Positions 61,084 to 64,000 of a stretch of DNA of 64,000 nt are shown here, in pieces. Where the stretch lies: the NCBI GenBank assembly GCA_020137815.1, contig CM035359.1, forward strand, positions 7,998,001-8,062,000. The letters run 5' to 3'. A program made the translations under genes and the position numbers. Origin of the DNA: Hormiphora californensis. Lineage: Eukaryota; Animalia; Ctenophora. The notes beneath the pieces were generated by a model. That model did no database searches. It was not told where the DNA came from and saw only the letters and a list, made by a program, of their open reading frames with translations. Position 1 is the stretch's first letter. The number at the start of each line of letters is the position of its first letter.

Positions 61084-61893
61084 ATGTGTTTTTTTGACGG
61101 CTACAGTGAGCTGCCTGATGACTACTTTACCCGTCCAAACCTGATGTGCTACGAATGTGGCTCCCCTTCTCACCGTGAATGCTATGAGAACATCATTGAT
61201 CCTAGCATTGGCATTCTCTATCGGTGCACATCATGTTCCCCACCCGCCACACACGAGAGCAATGTAGCCCCTGCTATTGATGAGTCTCGTGAGAATGATA
61301 ACAGCGGAACAAAGGACGACAACAAGGACGACGATAATGATGGCAAGGATAGAAAGGATGATGAAACACATCCTGCCAACTTACCAAAAAGGAGAACATT
61401 TGACCGCTCCTTGACAATTTGCAAATTTTTCCGAACAAACAGGTGCAAATTTGGAAACAATGGTAAAGGCTGCAAATTCTACCACCCCCCTGTATGTAGA
61501 AAATACAAAGAGTGGGGAACAGATGAACAAAGAGGGTGCAGCAAAGAAAGTGAATGTAAGTACTTCCATGTTAAACTATGCAAATCTGGAGGCCCTGATA
61601 GGAAGTGCAAGAAATCAAAGTGCCATCTAGTACATGTGAGAAGTAGGAAGAAGAATCCCCCTCCCCCCTCTGATAAAGTGATCCCCCCTGCTAAAACCAA
61701 TCAGGTGTCGTATCAAGGACCACGTGCACAACAGAATTTTCTGACACTCGTGGAACAACTGACAGCTGCGATGGCAGCCCTCTCCCACGCCCCCAAAAAG
61801 AAGGGCAGGAATGCGAATTCTCAGAACCACTCTTGTTGTGCCCAGAAGGCGGCGGCAACAATTACACACAGCTGTCCGAATTCTTGCTGCTAA
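61084..61893 (+). CDS. CR1-type LINE ORF1 with PHD-like finger and three CCCH fingers
   Basis: CYEC...H..C...YRCTSC; C-x7-C-x7-C-x3-H-like repeats at about 61420-61635; overlaps the start of the EN frame. Confidence 0.75.
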   Translation: MCFFDGYSELPDDYFTRPNLMCYECGSPSHRECYENIIDPSIGILYRCTSCSPPATHESNVAPAIDESRENDNSGTKDDNKDDDNDGKDRKDDETHPANLPKRRTFDRSLTICKFFRTNRCKFGNNGKGCKFYHPPVCRKYKEWGTDEQRGCSKESECKYFHVKLCKSGGPDRKCKKSKCHLVHVRSRKKNPPPPSDKVIPPAKTNQVSYQGPRAQQNFLTLVEQLTAAMAALSHAPKKKGRNANSQNHSCCAQKAAATITHSCPNSCC

Positions 61894-63020
61894 ATGCTAG
61901 AGGAATAAACCCGACCTTCCTTGCACAACGCCACAAAGCAAAGCAAATTGCTGAATGGATGAGAGTTTCTAAGAAAAATGTTCCCTTCTTAGTTATGACT
62001 GAGACACATTTGAACTCAACTATTTTTGATGTAGAAGTTGAAATGGAAGGATTTTCGGTATTTAGAGCTGACCGTGTTCGAAGAAAACATGGCGGTGTGG
62101 CTATATACGTGAGAAACGACCTAGCAGTGAGCTCCCAAAATGTGTTCTCATCATCGTTTTGTGAAGCATCCATGGTCATGATTGATTCAGCAAATGTAGC
62201 AGTGATCGGTATCTACCGCCCACCAGCTTCCTTTTCTCATCCAGAAAGATGCTGTCCCCCGGAACACTTCGAGAACTGTCTCACTGCTGTAAAAAAGTTT
62301 ATTGAGGAGAATAACCCAACAAACGTGATCATATCCGGTGACCTTAATCTGCCATTTGTGAACTGGACAGTCCCAGAAGTAACACCCGGCCTCAATGTAC
62401 TTGTGTCTGAGAGACGTGCCGCAGAATCAACATTCGAGTTAATGAATTCTCTGTTCTTACACCAAGTTGTGAAAGAGCCCACCAGAAAAGGAAAAAATAT
62501 ACTCGATGTAATCCTAACTAACAATGAGAATATGATTCACAGCACTGAAGTAACTGCCACTACCCTCTCAGATCATGACCTTGTGTCCTGCTTTTTAGCT
62601 GCCAATGAAATTCCTGGCATCAATGGAAGAATGAAGGGCTCTTGCTATGAACTACTGGGAAAGACTAGTCCATCTTGACCTGTACTCCCTCCAAAGGAGA
62701 AGGGAAAGATTTAAGATCATATCAATGTGGAAAATTCACATCGGACTTGCCCCCGACCACTACAATATCTCATTCCGGAACTCTGTGAGGCATGGACCAA
62801 CTGCTGAAAGGCCCATTGGCAAAGCCTCTCGTAAAGGAATAAATACCAAGATATTCAACGGATTCACTTCCTCCGCTATTGGGCTGTTTAACTCAGTACC
62901 GGCAATGGTCAAGAATAAGGAGACCCTGGAAGGAATGAAATCTACCCTGGATAAACACTTATCCCAAATGCCAGACCAGCCTCCGACCAGAGGTTTACAT
63001 GCGAAGGAATAATAATAGCA
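61833..63020 (+). pseudogene. CR1-type ORF2: APE endonuclease joined directly to the C-terminus, RT absent
   Basis: NARG, TETHL, GGVAIYV, IYRPP, GDLN, PTRKGKNILDVIL, SDH; then YWERL..LDLYSLQRRRER; short TAA tail. Confidence 0.85.
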
Positions 63021-64000
63021 CGGGGACTGGTAATACTTCCCCCTTCAAAATATAGGGCGGGGTACCCCCCCTAAAAAAAAAGGGAAACCCGAGGATTTTT
63101 CCCCCCCTCTCATGACCTCTACCCCCTTTTAATCTTTTTTCCTCTTTTCTCTCTTCTCTTCTCTCTTTTTTGGATGGTTAACATATCAAATGTGTAGGTT
63201 GATTGTCCGTTCTTTTAAAAATTTAAGTTCCACCCCGTTTTGACCCCAACCCGCCCCAATTTGGCTTAACTTTTTTTGTTTTTTAAATCTGGGGCAAATT
63301 TTTTTTACGCTGTTCAATGGCTCAAGCCCGTTGAAAATGAGCCCCTTCGTGTGCCCCCATAAAAGGGGGTTTGCCCCCCCTTTTCCCCTGAAAATGACGA
63401 CGGGGACGTATTTGCAGATATCTGAAAAAATGAGATTTCGGCTAATTCGGGAGTTTGGGGTTTTTTCTGGGGAATACTTGCAAAAAAACCCAAAAGATTT
63501 GCGAAGTATCGGGAAAATCGAAATTTTGCAGAAACGGTGCAGGAACTGGGGGTTTATAATTTGGAGATGAACGGAAGTGGTCGTTCGTTAGGCGGTATTA
63601 AGCACCAGATGTCCTTTCATAAACACTTCATATACAAAGTGTAAAGCTTTTGTCCATTTTTGGAACTCCAGGAAAAGTTTGTTGAATTTTCGAATGACTT
63701 TAACATACCGTCTCGGGTTTACCGATTATTTTGCCAGGCAACCGTGTTATTGTGTTAAAGGGGCAAAAAAGACCCCCGGCGAACCCGGGGGGTTATCAAA
63801 AAGCCCTTCTTGAGGCGCCCCCCAATGGGTGCGCTAGTTTATTTAATGTGAAATTTTGATTTTAAAAATTTTTTTTTCAAACAAATAAATCAAATAAAAA
63901 ACTTTTATTTACTTTAATTTAACATAAAATTATTACAAAAAAATATTAAAAAAGAACCGTTTTTTGCACTTTGTTCAGTGGTGGTTTTGTCGGAAAGGGG

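Noticed and set aside
63180-64000. Apparent segmental duplication of about 52375-53538
   Set aside because: Colinear but full of single-base deletions and downstream of a gap; likely a low-quality or uncollapsed haplotype copy.

Overview
Repeat-dense eukaryotic DNA, probably from a cydippid ctenophore. Three near-perfect copies of a 40-nt motif match, from memory, the Pleurobrachia-type trans-spliced leader ending AAATTAATTTGAG. The only convincing host gene is four in-frame GT-AG exons (33793-38632, +) encoding a C-type lectin domain followed by half a Sushi/CCP domain. The rest is mostly mobile DNA: an intact Penelope-like element inserted as a head-to-head inverted dimer inside a four-level nest; several LINEs that are ORF1-only or internally deleted; foldback/MITE families assignable by termini and TSD (Merlin-, Harbinger-, Transib-, Academ-, pogo-like); non-autonomous Helitrons; tRNA-derived SINEs; and microsatellites. 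The main lead is that two different retroposons, plus a short relative of one, begin exactly with a spliced-leader exon. This suggests retroelements whose 5' end is defined, and possibly regenerated each cycle, by SL trans-splicing. There is a 100-N gap at 57257-57356, and parts of 51.5-52.4 kb and the post-gap sequence look error-rich. Coordinates were read by eye and no database searches were run.
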